This document shows positions 24,573 to 39,644 of a DNA stretch of 64,000 nucleotides, one piece after another. Within the stretch, counting starts at the first letter, position 1. Each line of letters starts with the position of its first letter. Below the pieces are notes generated by a model. The model saw only the letters and a program-made list of their open reading frames with translations, was not told the DNA's origin and ran no database searches. The translations under genes were made by a program, and so were the position numbers. The stretch comes from Scenedesmus sp. PABB004 (taxonomy: Eukaryota), in contig JABVCE010000013.1 of the NCBI GenBank assembly GCA_014905635.1, forward strand, positions 620,001 through 684,000, written 5' to 3'.

Positions 24573-25968
24573 ATGGACCTGTACAATCGCCTGACCGGCC
24601 GCACGGGCTTCAACGCCTCCCCGGCGACGCTGCTCAAGATGACCGACCTGTGCGTTGCGGCGAGCGGGGATGGGACAGCAGTGCGCACGCCTGCCTCCCC
24701 CAGGCGCCCCGCCCAGGCGGCCCGCACGCCTCCAGGCGCAGCAGGGACCAGTACCGCTGCGCCGGCAGCGTCTGCGGCATCGCGCGAGCCGCGCGGCGGC
24801 GCCGCCGCTGCTGCCGCTGCCGCCGCTGCTCTCGCCGCTCACCCCGCCGCCGCCGCCGCCCCGCAGCGACCCCCGCGTCCAGAAGCACCTGAGCAAGGTT
24901 TACGCGACGCTCACGCTCGCGGCGGGCGTGGCGGCGCTCGGCGTCGCGGCAGACCTCGCGCTGCACGTCGGCGGCGTGCTCACCGGCCTCGCCTCGCTCG
25001 TCTCCCTCATATGGCTCGGCTTCACGCCCAGCACGCCCGATACGCTGGTGCGCGGCGGGGGCGGCCCCGCGCGACGGCGGCCCCGGCGCGCGCTCGCCGC
25101 CACCGGCGCCAAGCAGCGCAGTGCGCCGCCGCGCCGTCGACGCGCCGCTGCCGCCGCCATCCAACCCTCCCTCCACCCTCCTCTTGCTCCTCCTGCCTGC
25201 GCGCGCAGAACAAGCGCTACGCGCTGCTCGCGACGTTTGCGTTCTGCCAGGGCACGTCGCTCGGCGGGCTGGTGGGGCTCGCGCTCGCGCTCAACCCCGG
25301 CATCCTCCTCACCGCCTGCCTCGCGACCGTCGCGGTGTTCGGCTGCTTCACGCTCTCAGCGCTCTTCACGCGCCGCAGGCGCGCGCGCGCCGCCGCCGCC
25401 GCGCCGCGCCGCGTGTGCTGCCGCCGCTGCTCCCCAGCTCACCGCCTGCATCTGCCCCCCAAACACCGTACACGCGTGCGCGCGCAGGTCGTACCTCTTC
25501 CTCGGCGGCTGGCTGAGCAGCGCGGTGCTGGGCCTCTTTGTGCTGCGCCTGGGGTCGTGGGTCTTCCGCGGCCTCGGCGGCGTCGCGCTCGACGCGGAGC
25601 TCTACCTCGGACTCCTCGTCTTCAGGTGGCCCCTTTGTGCCGCGCTGCTCTACGCCGCGCTGCTTGCACTGCGCCCCGCCGCCGGCGCCGCCGCGCCCGA
25701 CTCTCTCGCGTGCCGGGCCCGACCTCTCACCCCGCCCCTGCCCCGCCCTCTGCCCCCCTCCCCCCCAAACACACGCAGCGGCTACGTGCTCTTTGACACG
25801 CAGCTCATCGTCGAACGCGCGTCGTCGGCGGGCGACGCCGACCACGTGCGCCACGCTCTCGACCTCTTTGTGGATGCGTACGCCATCCTGACGCGCGTGC
25901 TCGTCGTGCTGCTGCGCAGCCAGGAGAAGCGCGAGCGCGAGGAGGCGCGCCGCAAGCGCCGCGACTGA
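24573..25968 (+). CDS. BI-1: Bax inhibitor-1 (TMBIM6 family); 4 introns
   Basis: VQKHLSKVYATL, FCQGTSLG, FGCFTLSALFTRRRSYLFLGG, ELYLGLLVFSGYVLFDTQLIVERA, DHVRHALDLFVD and a basic C-terminus ending in TGA. Confidence 0.95.
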
Positions 25969-26094
25969 GCGCGCTCTGCGCGCGCGCGCGCGCGGGGGAG
26001 CCCGGCGCGCGGGCTGGCGGCGGTGATTGGTTGGCGCGGGGGGCGCGGGGGATGCAGTAACGGCTTCTCACAGCTCTGCCGCGAAGATCACGGA

Positions 26095-30836
<4,742 letters not shown>

Positions 30837-31205
30837 CGCGGGCGGCTGGCAGCGAGGCCGGGCGAGAGCGGCGGCGGGCGTGGGATGTCGGCGCGCGGCA
30901 GGCGCGAGGTGCGCCGCTCTGCTGTCGGTTCAGCGCCTCATTGGTGGAGCGGAAGGCGCCGGAGCGAACGAGCGCCGGACCAGGGCGGGATCTCAGCGGG
31001 CGCGTCGCAGCGGCGCCGCTCGTCACGCGCGCTGCACCCGCTCTCCACTCCCCATCCCCCCAGCTTCCCCTGCCAGTCTGCTGCCCGCCGTTGCTGCCCA
31101 CGCAAGCCGCGACAGCGACCGGAACCACCGCAGCTGCCTCCGCTGACGCCGCTGCCGTGCCGCTGCTGCCGCCGGCACCGCCGCCGCCGGCGCGGCCGCC
31201 GCCCG

Positions 31206-32009
31206 ATGCGCGCGGCGGCGGCGCAGCAGGTGGTCCACGCGCTGCCGTGCGGCGGGCACCTCGCGCTGCGCGTCGTGCCGGCGGCGCCGGGCGCGCCCGC
31301 CGCCACGCCGGGCGTCGTCTTCCTGCACGGCCTGCTCTCCACCGCGACCGGCGCCAAGGCGCTCGCGCTGGAGGCGCACGCGCTGGCGCGGGGGCACGCG
31401 TACCTGGGGTTTGACGCGCGCGGCCACGGCGCGTCGTCGGGCGCGTTCCGCGACATGCACCTGGGCCACTGGCTCGACGACGCGCGCGCGGCGCTCGACG
31501 CCGCGCCGGCGGCGCGGCACGTGCTCGTCGGAAGCTCCTTTGGCGGCTGGCAGGCGCTGCTGCTCGCTGCGGAGCGGCCGCGCGACGTCGCGGGCGTCGT
31601 GCTCGTCGCGCCGGCGGCCGACATCACGGCGTCGTTCTGGGAGGCGCTCGGCCCCGAGGGGCAGGCCGCCGCGCGGCGCGACGGCGAGACCGCGCTCGGC
31701 AGCAGCTACCTCGACGGCGGCGCGGTGACGGTGGGGCTGGAGTTTTTCGAGGCGGCGAAGCCCTTCCTCGTGATGCACCGCCTGCGCGAGCTCCGCGTGC
31801 GCTGCCCGCTGCGCATCCTGCACGGCGTGCGGGACGACGTGGTGCCCGTCGCGACGTCGCAGCGGCTGTTTGACGAGCTGCCGGTCGCGGACGCGACGCT
31901 TACGCTGGTCAAGGACGGGGACCACAGGCTGTCGCGGCCGCACGACCTCGCTCTGCTGCTGAGCACAGTCGAGGGCCTGCTCGCGCACGCGGCGGGGGGC
32001 AGCAGCTGA
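31206..32009 (+). CDS. Alpha/beta hydrolase, ABHD10-like; intronless (an upstream in-frame ATG exists at 30885)
   Basis: VVFLHGLLS..GAKALALE, FDARGHGASSG, nucleophile elbow VGSSFGG, ILHGVRDDVVP (Asp) and KDGDHRLSR (His). Confidence 0.9.
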   Translation: MRAAAAQQVVHALPCGGHLALRVVPAAPGAPAATPGVVFLHGLLSTATGAKALALEAHALARGHAYLGFDARGHGASSGAFRDMHLGHWLDDARAALDAAPAARHVLVGSSFGGWQALLLAAERPRDVAGVVLVAPAADITASFWEALGPEGQAAARRDGETALGSSYLDGGAVTVGLEFFEAAKPFLVMHRLRELRVRCPLRILHGVRDDVVPVATSQRLFDELPVADATLTLVKDGDHRLSRPHDLALLLSTVEGLLAHAAGGSS

Positions 32010-32207
32010 CTGGATCGTCGGCTGCTGGCGGCTTCGGCGCGCGGCCGAGGCGGCGGCGGCGTGGGCGGCGGCGGCGTTTGAGCCGGGGCGCATCCCCGAG
32101 GCCGCGCCGCCGCCCGAGGTGTGCTGAGGCGGTCGTGTAATGCCTCCCCAGCGCGTGTGGGGGGCAAAAGGGGCGAAACGGCCGGTTTGGGGCCCAAAAA
32201 TCGCGAG

Positions 32208-32279
32208 AGGCCCTACCCAGGTTTGAACTGGGGTCACAGGATTCAGAGTCCTGTGTGCTAACCACTACACCATAGGGCC
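32208..32279 (-). tRNA. tRNA-Gln (anticodon CUG), copy in the left inverted-repeat arm
   Basis: Exact reverse complement of 39493-39564; T5 terminator at 32196-32200 on the minus strand. Confidence 0.95.
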
Positions 32280-32763
32280 GGAGTAGTGTCGAGCGCCGGT
32301 GAAGGCGCCGAGGTAGGAGCATGTGCATCAAGCGCGCACGTAGCGTACATGTAAAGTGTGTCTCAAAAATGACAACTGCCTCGAGGAGCCATTCTTTTGC
32401 ACCGCCGACCCCGCCATATCTTGGCAAGACCCAGGCGCGACCGTCACAAACGCGTCCGGGCCGCGCGCACGCGCAAAAAACGACGATTTACATCAAATAA
32501 TGAAAGACGCGCCGCACGCCACGTCCGTGCGACCGGGCCGGAGCCCTCCCACGGCTGCCCGCGCCGCCGCAGGCCGCGCCTGCGGCGGCTCTGCACGGCG
32601 GCGCACAGCGGCTGCCCGCGCTGCCGTGCCATGATGGGGGCCGGTCGGCCGGTCCAGCGATTACAGAGCAGCCGCCGCAAACGCGCGGGAAGCGGTCTGG
32701 GGCGCCGGCCTGTTCGCCGGCTGGCCGGCGCCAGCCAGGGCCACCACCCATCCCCCTTTGCAC

Positions 32764-33440
32764 TCAGCCGGCGCCCGGCCGCTGCGCTGCCTGGGGCAGC
32801 TGCACCGCCGCCGCCGGCGCGCCAGTGCCGTCATCAGACGGCGCTGCTGCGCCGGGCGAGCTCCAGGACGGCCACGCGCCCGCCCAGGAGCCGAAGCTGC
32901 CCCCGCCGCGCAGCAGGGGCAGGCTCGGCTCAGCCGCCCACGCCGCGTCATCATCCCCGGCGGCGACGAGCGGGCCGCCGCGTGCGTCCGCCCCGCTGCC
33001 GCCGCCCGTCTGCCCGAGCAGGCGCTGCAGCCACGGCGGCCGTGGCGTCAGCCGCTGCGGCTCGCCCGACGGCACCAGCGGCGCCGCGCCTGGCTCTTCC
33101 CGCTGCGGCGTGTCGCTGACCAGCCCGCCAGCACACGCAGCCGCCCCGTCGCTCGACGCCGCGTCCGCCTCCGCGTGCACCTCCACCACCGCGTGCAGCC
33201 GCGGCGGGCACGACAGCAGCGCACGCTGCTCGTCGTCGCCCGCGCCGCCAGCTGCCGCGGCGGCGCCGGTCGTCGTGGGGCCGCCTGGCCCGCCGCTGCA
33301 CGCCTGCACCGGCGGCGGCGGCGGCGACGTGCCGGGCCCCACCACCAGGAGCACGCCCGCAAACAGCAGCGCGCCGCCCGCCAGCGTGCCGGGCGTGGCG
33401 TGCTCGCCAAAGACCAGCGCGCCCAGGGCGTGGCTCCACA
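32764..33440 (-). pseudogene. Duplicated 3' fragment of the EamA/DMT gene (last TM helix plus C-terminal tail, about 225 codons, no ATG)
   Basis: Encodes WSHALGALVFGEHATPGTLAGG...QRPGAG-stop, the same as 38332-39008 with a few amino-acid changes; the 5' part is absent. Confidence 0.8.
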
Positions 33441-34046
33441 CCCGCGCACGGCCCGCGCGCCGCCTCGCCTTCAACCGCGACGACGGCCGAACCCCGCGCC
33501 GCTCGCGCGCCCCCGCCGCCGCCCGGCTTGCCGGCCGCCCGATCGCGCCCTGCGCACCGCAGCCGCACCGCCCACGCCCCGAACGACCCACGCCTTGAAC
33601 CGAGCCCTCCTCTCGCGCGCGCCTGCGCAGCCCGCTCTCTGCCAGCCCGCAGCGCCGCGGCGCGCCCAGGGATCGGCGCGGCAGCCGGCCCTTCGCACCA
33701 GGCACACCCGCGAGGCGGCAGCAGGTGAGCAGGGCCGCGGCAGCCGTCGCGCGGGCGCCCGCTGGCCTGGCGCCCCGCCCTGGCGCTGGCGGGCCTGATT
33801 TGCGGCCTGGGCACCGTGGAGCGTGCGCTCAGGGCGATCTGGGGCCGCCTGGCCGCGTGCATGGACCGCGGCGGCGCCAACCGCCGCGCGCGCTCAAACG
33901 CCGCGCCGCCGGCAGCCCCCAAAAAGGCGCAGCGGGCAGCTCGGGCCGCGCGCAGCAGCGTGCCCCCGCAGGCGCAGGCCTGCGCTGCCGGCCGCGCGCG
34001 ACCGCCCGCCGCCGGCGCCGCCCGCGGTGTCGCCGCAGCGCGCAGC

Positions 34047-35606
34047 ATGTACGGCAGCGCCTTTTCGTCCGCCTCGCGCAACGGCCGCGGCGAGCCCATC
34101 CTGGGCGAGGGCAGCAACCCCATGCAGTCGCTGGACCTGGGCAACAAGCGCGCATCCGTGGCGGGTGCGGGCGCGGCCGTCACGGGCGGAGGCGCCGCCG
34201 CGAGCCGGCCCTGCCGGAGACAGCGCCCCGACGCCGCCCGCCGCGCCGCCGCCGCCGCCCAGACTCGCACGCGGACGGCTTCGACGGCTACGCCAACGGT
34301 GACGGCGGCGCGCGGCGCGCGGGTGCGGCGGCGGCGGTGCCGGCGGCGGCACGGCGCAGCACCACCACGGCGCCCGCTTGCCGACGCGCCCCGCCGCGCG
34401 CGCCCGTCCGCAGACCGGCTGAACAGCTTCAACAGCACGATGTCGGGCCGCCTGTACGACAGCCGCGTCAACCAGCAGGCGCTGCTGGGCCCGCGCCGCC
34501 CGCGGCCGCACAAGATTTGGACCAAGAAGTTCATCAAGGTCCGCCAGCGCCAGCTGCAGCAGCGCCGCGGCCGCGGCGGCCGCGGGCGCCGGCGCCGGCG
34601 GCGGCCGCGGCAACAGCGCAGCACGAAGAGCCCGCCGCCGCGCGCCGCCTCCGCCACAGGTGCTCGTGGTCGGCGACAGCGGCCTGGGCAAGACGACGCT
34701 CGTCAAGACGCTCCTGTCCACGCCCGGCGAGCGCCTGCAGGTACCCACGCGCGCGCGGGGGGGGGGGGGGGGGCGCGGGGGGGGGGCGCTCGCGCCGCCG
34801 CCGCCGCGGTCGCTCACCGCGCGGCCGCGCGCGGCCGGGCGCAGGTGCACGACGGCACCTACACGCCCGCCGACCAGTTTGTCAAGGACCCCGACTCGCT
34901 CTGCTCCACGGTGACGTGGAAGGACGAGGAGGACCGCGTGATCTGGGTGTACCGCATCCAGGCGCGCGCAGCAGCAGCGCGCACAGCACACGCAGCACAC
35001 GCAGCGCAGCACACGCAGCGCCCGCCCGTGCCGCCGCCGGCCGCGCCGCCGGCCGCGCCGCCGAGCGCGCCGCGCCGCGCGGCCGGCCGCGCAGGACACG
35101 CCGGGGTATGGCGACGACCTTGACATCATGAACCACATCACCATGATCACCGGCCACCTCAACGACTGCAACGACAAGTGGCTCGCCATGGAGAGCGCGC
35201 GCGACCGGTGCGCCGCCGACGCGCCGCCCCCGCCCCCGCCCCGCCCCCGCCCCGGCCCCGCCCCGGCCCCGCCCCGCCCCCGCCCCCGCCCCCGCCCCCG
35301 CCCGCCGAGCCGCCGAGCCGCCGCCCCGTCGCGCGGCCGCCCGCCCACGTCGCTCACCTCGCCGCCCGCCCGGCCGCGCGCGCGCGCGCGCGCAGGGCGC
35401 AGGACCTGTCGGAGGTGGAGGACCCGCGCGTGGACGTGTGCCTCTTCTGCGTGCCGCCGCACCGCCTGCGCCCGATCGACATCCGCTACATGCACGAGCT
35501 CGGCAAGGCGGTGCCCATCATCCCCGTCATTACCAAGGCCGACACCATGACCATCCGCGAGGCCCAGAACTACAAGCAGGAGGTCTTCAGCCGCCTGCAG
35601 GTGACG

Positions 35607-35641
<35 letters not shown>

Positions 35642-36794
35642 GGACGCGGCAGCAGCGCCGCGCCGACGCGGCGCCGCTGACGCCGCCCGCCGCGCCGCGC
35701 AGAACCCGTGCGTCGCGGGCGTGCGCGGCAAGATCAACACCTTCCGCTTCGACAAGGAGACCCTGGAGCGCGCGGGCATGGGCGACGCCGCCGGCAGCGC
35801 CACGCCGCCGTTCCTGGTGCGCGCGCGGCGCGCCGGCGCGAGGCGGCGCGGGCCGCCGCCCTGCCGGGGCGCGGCCCCACGCTGGTGCGCGCGCGCCCGC
35901 GCGTGTGCCGTGCGGGGCGCTGCAGGTGATCGCGTCCAACGACATCAACGAGGAGATGAACCAGATGGACGTCCCCGTGTTCTGGCCCGAGCGCCGGTAC
36001 CCCTGGGGCACCGCGCAGGCGTTCAACCCCGACCACAGCGACCTGCTGCACCTGCGGTGCGCGCCCCGCACCGCACCGCACCGCACCGCACCGCACCGCA
36101 CCGCACCGCACCGCACCGCACCGCACCGCACCGCACCGCACCGCACGCCGCGCCGCCGCCCGGGCGCGGCCGGCAGCGCCCGCGCCCACGCAGCCGCCGC
36201 GGCCCGCCCGCTCCGCGGCCGCCGCCGCAGGGCGCTGCTGCTCAAGGAGGCGCTGGAGGACATCTGCAAGGACAAGCGCAACAGGCGCGGCCGACGGGAT
36301 GGGGGGCGCGCCGGCGGCCTGGCAGGCGGCGGCCGGCGCGCGCGCGCGCGGCGGCCGGTGCGCCGCCGCGGCGACGCCCGCGCGCCGCCCGCGTGCGCGC
36401 GCGCAGGTACGAGACGTGGCGGCGCCACCGCCTGGCGGGGCCGCGCTTCGGCACGCGGCTGAAGCGCTTTGCGATCAGCACCGTGCTGCCGGTCGCGGCG
36501 GCGGTCTACGTCGCGCAGCGCGGCGTCGACGTGCAGCAGGTGTGCGCGCCGGCCGCAGCGGCCGCGCCGGTCGCGCCGGGCGCGCCGGCAGCGCGTCACG
36601 CGCGCCGCCGTGCGCCGCCGCAGGTGCGCGACCGGCTGTCCACGCTCAAGGCGAAGCTGCGCCGCGGCGGCAGGCCCGCCGCCGCGGCGCCCGCCGCCGT
36701 GACGGCGGCCCCTGAGCCCGCGCCGCTGCCGGAGCCGGAGCCCGAGCCGGAGCCCGCGCCCGCGGCGCCGCCCGCCAAGAAGGGCTGGTGGTGA
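34047..36794 (+). CDS. Septin (green-algal type, C-terminal hydrophobic helix); about 11 introns; alternative upstream ATG at 33861
   Basis: G1 VLVVGDSGLGKTTLV, G3 DTPGYGD, VDVCLFCVPPHRLRPID, G4 IIPVITKADTMT, septin unique element RRYPWGTAQAFNPDHSDLLHLRALL, and TGA at 36792-36794. Confidence 0.95.
36066..36145. repeat. (CCGCA)16 microsatellite in a septin intron
   Basis: Directly visible perfect pentamer run. Confidence 0.95.
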
Positions 36795-37227
36795 GGCGTC
36801 GCGGCATGCGCGTGTGCAGAGGTGTGGAGGCGCCGCGGGCGCGTGCCTGTGCAGGCGGGCGGGGAGTAGAAGGCGGGCGCCGCGGCGGCTGTGCATGTCC
36901 AGGAGAGCAGCAGCGGCAGCGGCAGCAATAAGAGCCGACGGCGGCACGGGGGCGACGCGTGCGGGCAGGCAGACAGGCAGCGCGTGGGGCCCAAACGTGT
37001 GTGAAACCTCGCGACGCAACGACCGCCTCCTGCTGCCCAGCGCGCGAGGCCACGACCCCGGCGGCCAGCGCGGCACGCCAAACCGCCCTCGCCGCGCATT
37101 GCCGCGCGCCGCATGCAACGTGCCGCCAAGAGTGAGCGCCGCGACCGCCCTTCTCGCCGCCTTCGCGCCGCCGCCGCCGCCGCCCGCAGCGCGGCCTCGC
37201 TCGTCGTGCATGGTTGAGGCCACGCGC

Positions 37228-39008
37228 ATGGCGGTGCTGCTGCAGCCCGCGGCGTCGTTGAGCGTGGCGCTGGAGCAGCAGCGAGGCGGCGCCGCCGCTG
37301 CTCCGTCGCTGTGGGCGCGTGCGGAGCGGGCTTCCAGGCGCGGCGTGCTCGTGACCCAGCGAGCAGCCGCTTGGTCACGCGGCGCGCCCCGGCCCGCGTG
37401 CGCTCACGCCCGTCACCGGGGTTGACCGGCGCCCGCCCGCCGCCACGCGCAGGCTGTTTTGGGGCTCCGGCATCGCGTGTGCGAGCGTCGCGTGCCTCAT
37501 CTTCAGCCTGTCGGGACTGCAGGTGCGCACGCACCTGCAGAAGACGCCGGCACCGCCGGCGGTGCCGGCGTTGCGGCGCCGGGCTGACGCGCCGCGCCCC
37601 GCCCCGCGCGCCCCGCGCGCAGGTCAAGCTGACGGGCGACCGCGTGCCAGTGCTGCAACTGTGCGTGGTGCGGTCGGGTGTGTCTTTCGCGACCTCCATC
37701 GCCGTCGGCAGCGCCGCGCGCGTCGCGCCGCTCTTCGGGCGGCGCCAGCAAATGCCGCTGCTGCTCGCGCGCGGGCTGCTGGGCTCGGTCGCGATGGCGG
37801 CGAGCTACGTCGCGCTGCTCGCGCTGCCGCTGGGCGACGCCGTGACCATCGCGCAGCTGCGCCCGCCCGCGACGGCGCTGGTGGCGTGGGCGCTGCTCGG
37901 CGAGCCGCTCGGCGCGCGCGGGCTGCTGGGCTGCGCGGTGTCCCTGGCCGGCGTGGTGGTGCTGGCGCACCCGCCGTTCCTGTTTGGCGGCCACGGCCAG
38001 TGGCGCGTGGCCGGCAACCAGCGGCTGGCCGGCACGCTCAGCGGCGTGGCGAGCACGCTGGCGGGGTCGGGCGCCGCGCTCTGCGTGCGGCGCATCGGCA
38101 AGCGCGAGGCCGCGCTCACCGTGGCGCTGTGGTTCCACACCGCCACGGTCGTGCTTATGGCGCCCCTGCTGGCGGCGGGCTGGCCGCAGCCGGCGACGGC
38201 GATGGCGCCGCGCGACTGCGTGCTGCTGGCGGGCATCGCGTGCAGCTCGTTCTGTGCGCAGCTGCTCATGACGCGGGCGGTGCAGCTGGTCGCGGCGGCA
38301 CGGGCAGCCGCTGTGGGCTTCACGGGCGTGCTGTGGAGTCACGCCCTGGGCGCGCTGGTCTTTGGCGAGCACGCCACGCCCGGCACGCTGGCGGGCGGCG
38401 CGCTGCTGTTTGCGGGCGTGCTCCTGGTGGTGGGGCCCGGCACGTCGCCGCCGCCGCCGCCGGTGCAGGCGTGCAGCGGCGGGCCAGGCGGCCCCACGAC
38501 GGCCGGCGCCGCCTCGGCCGCTGGCCGCGCGGGCGACGACGAGCAGCGTGCGCTGCTGTCGTGCCCGCCGCGTCTGCACGCGGTGGTGGAGGTGCACGCG
38601 GAGGCGGACGCGGCGTCGAGCGACGGGGCGGCTGCGTGTGCTGGCGGGCTGGTCAGCGACGCGCCGCAGCGGGAAGAGCCAGGCGCGGCGCCGCTGGTGC
38701 CGTCGGGCGAGCCGCAGCGGCTGACGCCACGGCCGCCGTGGCTGCAGCGCCTGCTCGGGCAGACGGGCGGCGGCAGCGGGGCGGACGCACGCGGCGGCCC
38801 GCTCGTCGCCGCCGGGGATGATGACGCGGCGTGGGCGGCTGAGCCGAGCCTGCCCCTGCTGCGCGGCGGGGGCAGCTTCGGCTCCTGGGCGGGCGCGTGG
38901 CCGTCCTGGAGCTCGCCCGGCGCAGCAGCGCCGTCTGATGACGGCACTGGCGCGCCGGCGGCGGCGGTGCAGCTGCCCCAGGCAGCGCAGCGGCCGGGCG
39001 CCGGCTGA
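37228..39008 (+). CDS. EamA/DMT-superfamily transporter (SLC35G-like); 2 introns; alternative ATG at 37210
   Basis: LIFSLSGLQVKL..LCVVRS, LLLARGLLG..YVALLALPLGDAVTI, WALLGEPL, GVVVLAHPPFLFG, AQLLMTRAVQL and LVFGE; TGA at 39006-39008, TGTAA at 39107. Confidence 0.88.
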
Positions 39009-39492
39009 GTGCAAAGGGGGATGGGTGGTGGCCCTGGCTGGCGCCGGCCAGCCGGCGAACAGGCCGGCGCCCCAGACCGCTTCCCGCGCGTTTGCGGCGG
39101 CTGCTCTGTAATCGCTGGACCGGCCGACCGGCCCCCATCATGGCACGGCAGCGCGGGCAGCCGCTGTGCGCCGCCGTGCAGAGCCGCCGCAGGCGCGGCC
39201 TGCGGCGGCGCGGGCAGCCGTGGGAGGGCTCCGGCCCGGTCGCACGGACGTGGCGTGCGGCGCGTCTTTCATTATTTGATGTAAATCGTCGTTTTTTGGG
39301 CGTGCGCGCGGCCCGGACGCGTTTGTGACGGTCGCGCCTGGGTCTTGCCAAGATATGGCGGGGTCGGCGGTGCAAAAGAATGGCTCCTCGAGGCAGTTGT
39401 CATTTTTGAGACACACTTTACATGTACGCTACGTGCGCGCTTGATGCACATGCTCCTACCTCGGCGCCTTCACCGGCGCTCGACACTACTCC

Positions 39493-39564
39493 GGCCCTAT
39501 GGTGTAGTGGTTAGCACACAGGACTCTGAATCCTGTGACCCCAGTTCAAACCTGGGTAGGGCCT
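39493..39564 (+). tRNA. tRNA-Gln (anticodon CUG)
   Basis: GGCCCTA/TAGGGCC acceptor stem, D arm GTGTAGTGGTTAGCAC, anticodon arm CAGGA-CTCTGAA-TCCTG, T arm CCCAG-TTCAAAC-CTGGG and U discriminator; 72 nt, no intron. Confidence 0.97.
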
Positions 39565-39571
39565 CTCGCGA

Positions 39572-39576
39572 TTTTT
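39572..39576 (+). terminator. RNA polymerase III terminator (T5) of tRNA-Gln
   Basis: TTTTT 7 nt downstream of the tRNA 3' end. Confidence 0.75.
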
Positions 39577-39644
39577 GGGCCCCAAACCGGCCGTTTCGCC
39601 CCTTTTGCCCCCCACACGCGCTGGGGAGGCGTTACACGACCGCC

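Larger units (their letters stand above)
32039..33440 (-). repeat. Left arm of a 1402-bp inverted repeat (copy of 38332-39733)
   Basis: Position x pairs with 71772-x throughout; about 9 substitutions and no indels seen. Confidence 0.97.

Noticed and set aside
39493..39564. tRNA-Gln as a stop-codon suppressor or sign of genetic-code reassignment
   Set aside because: The anticodon is plain CUG, and TAA, TAG and TGA all end genes here with no in-frame stops inside conserved exons.
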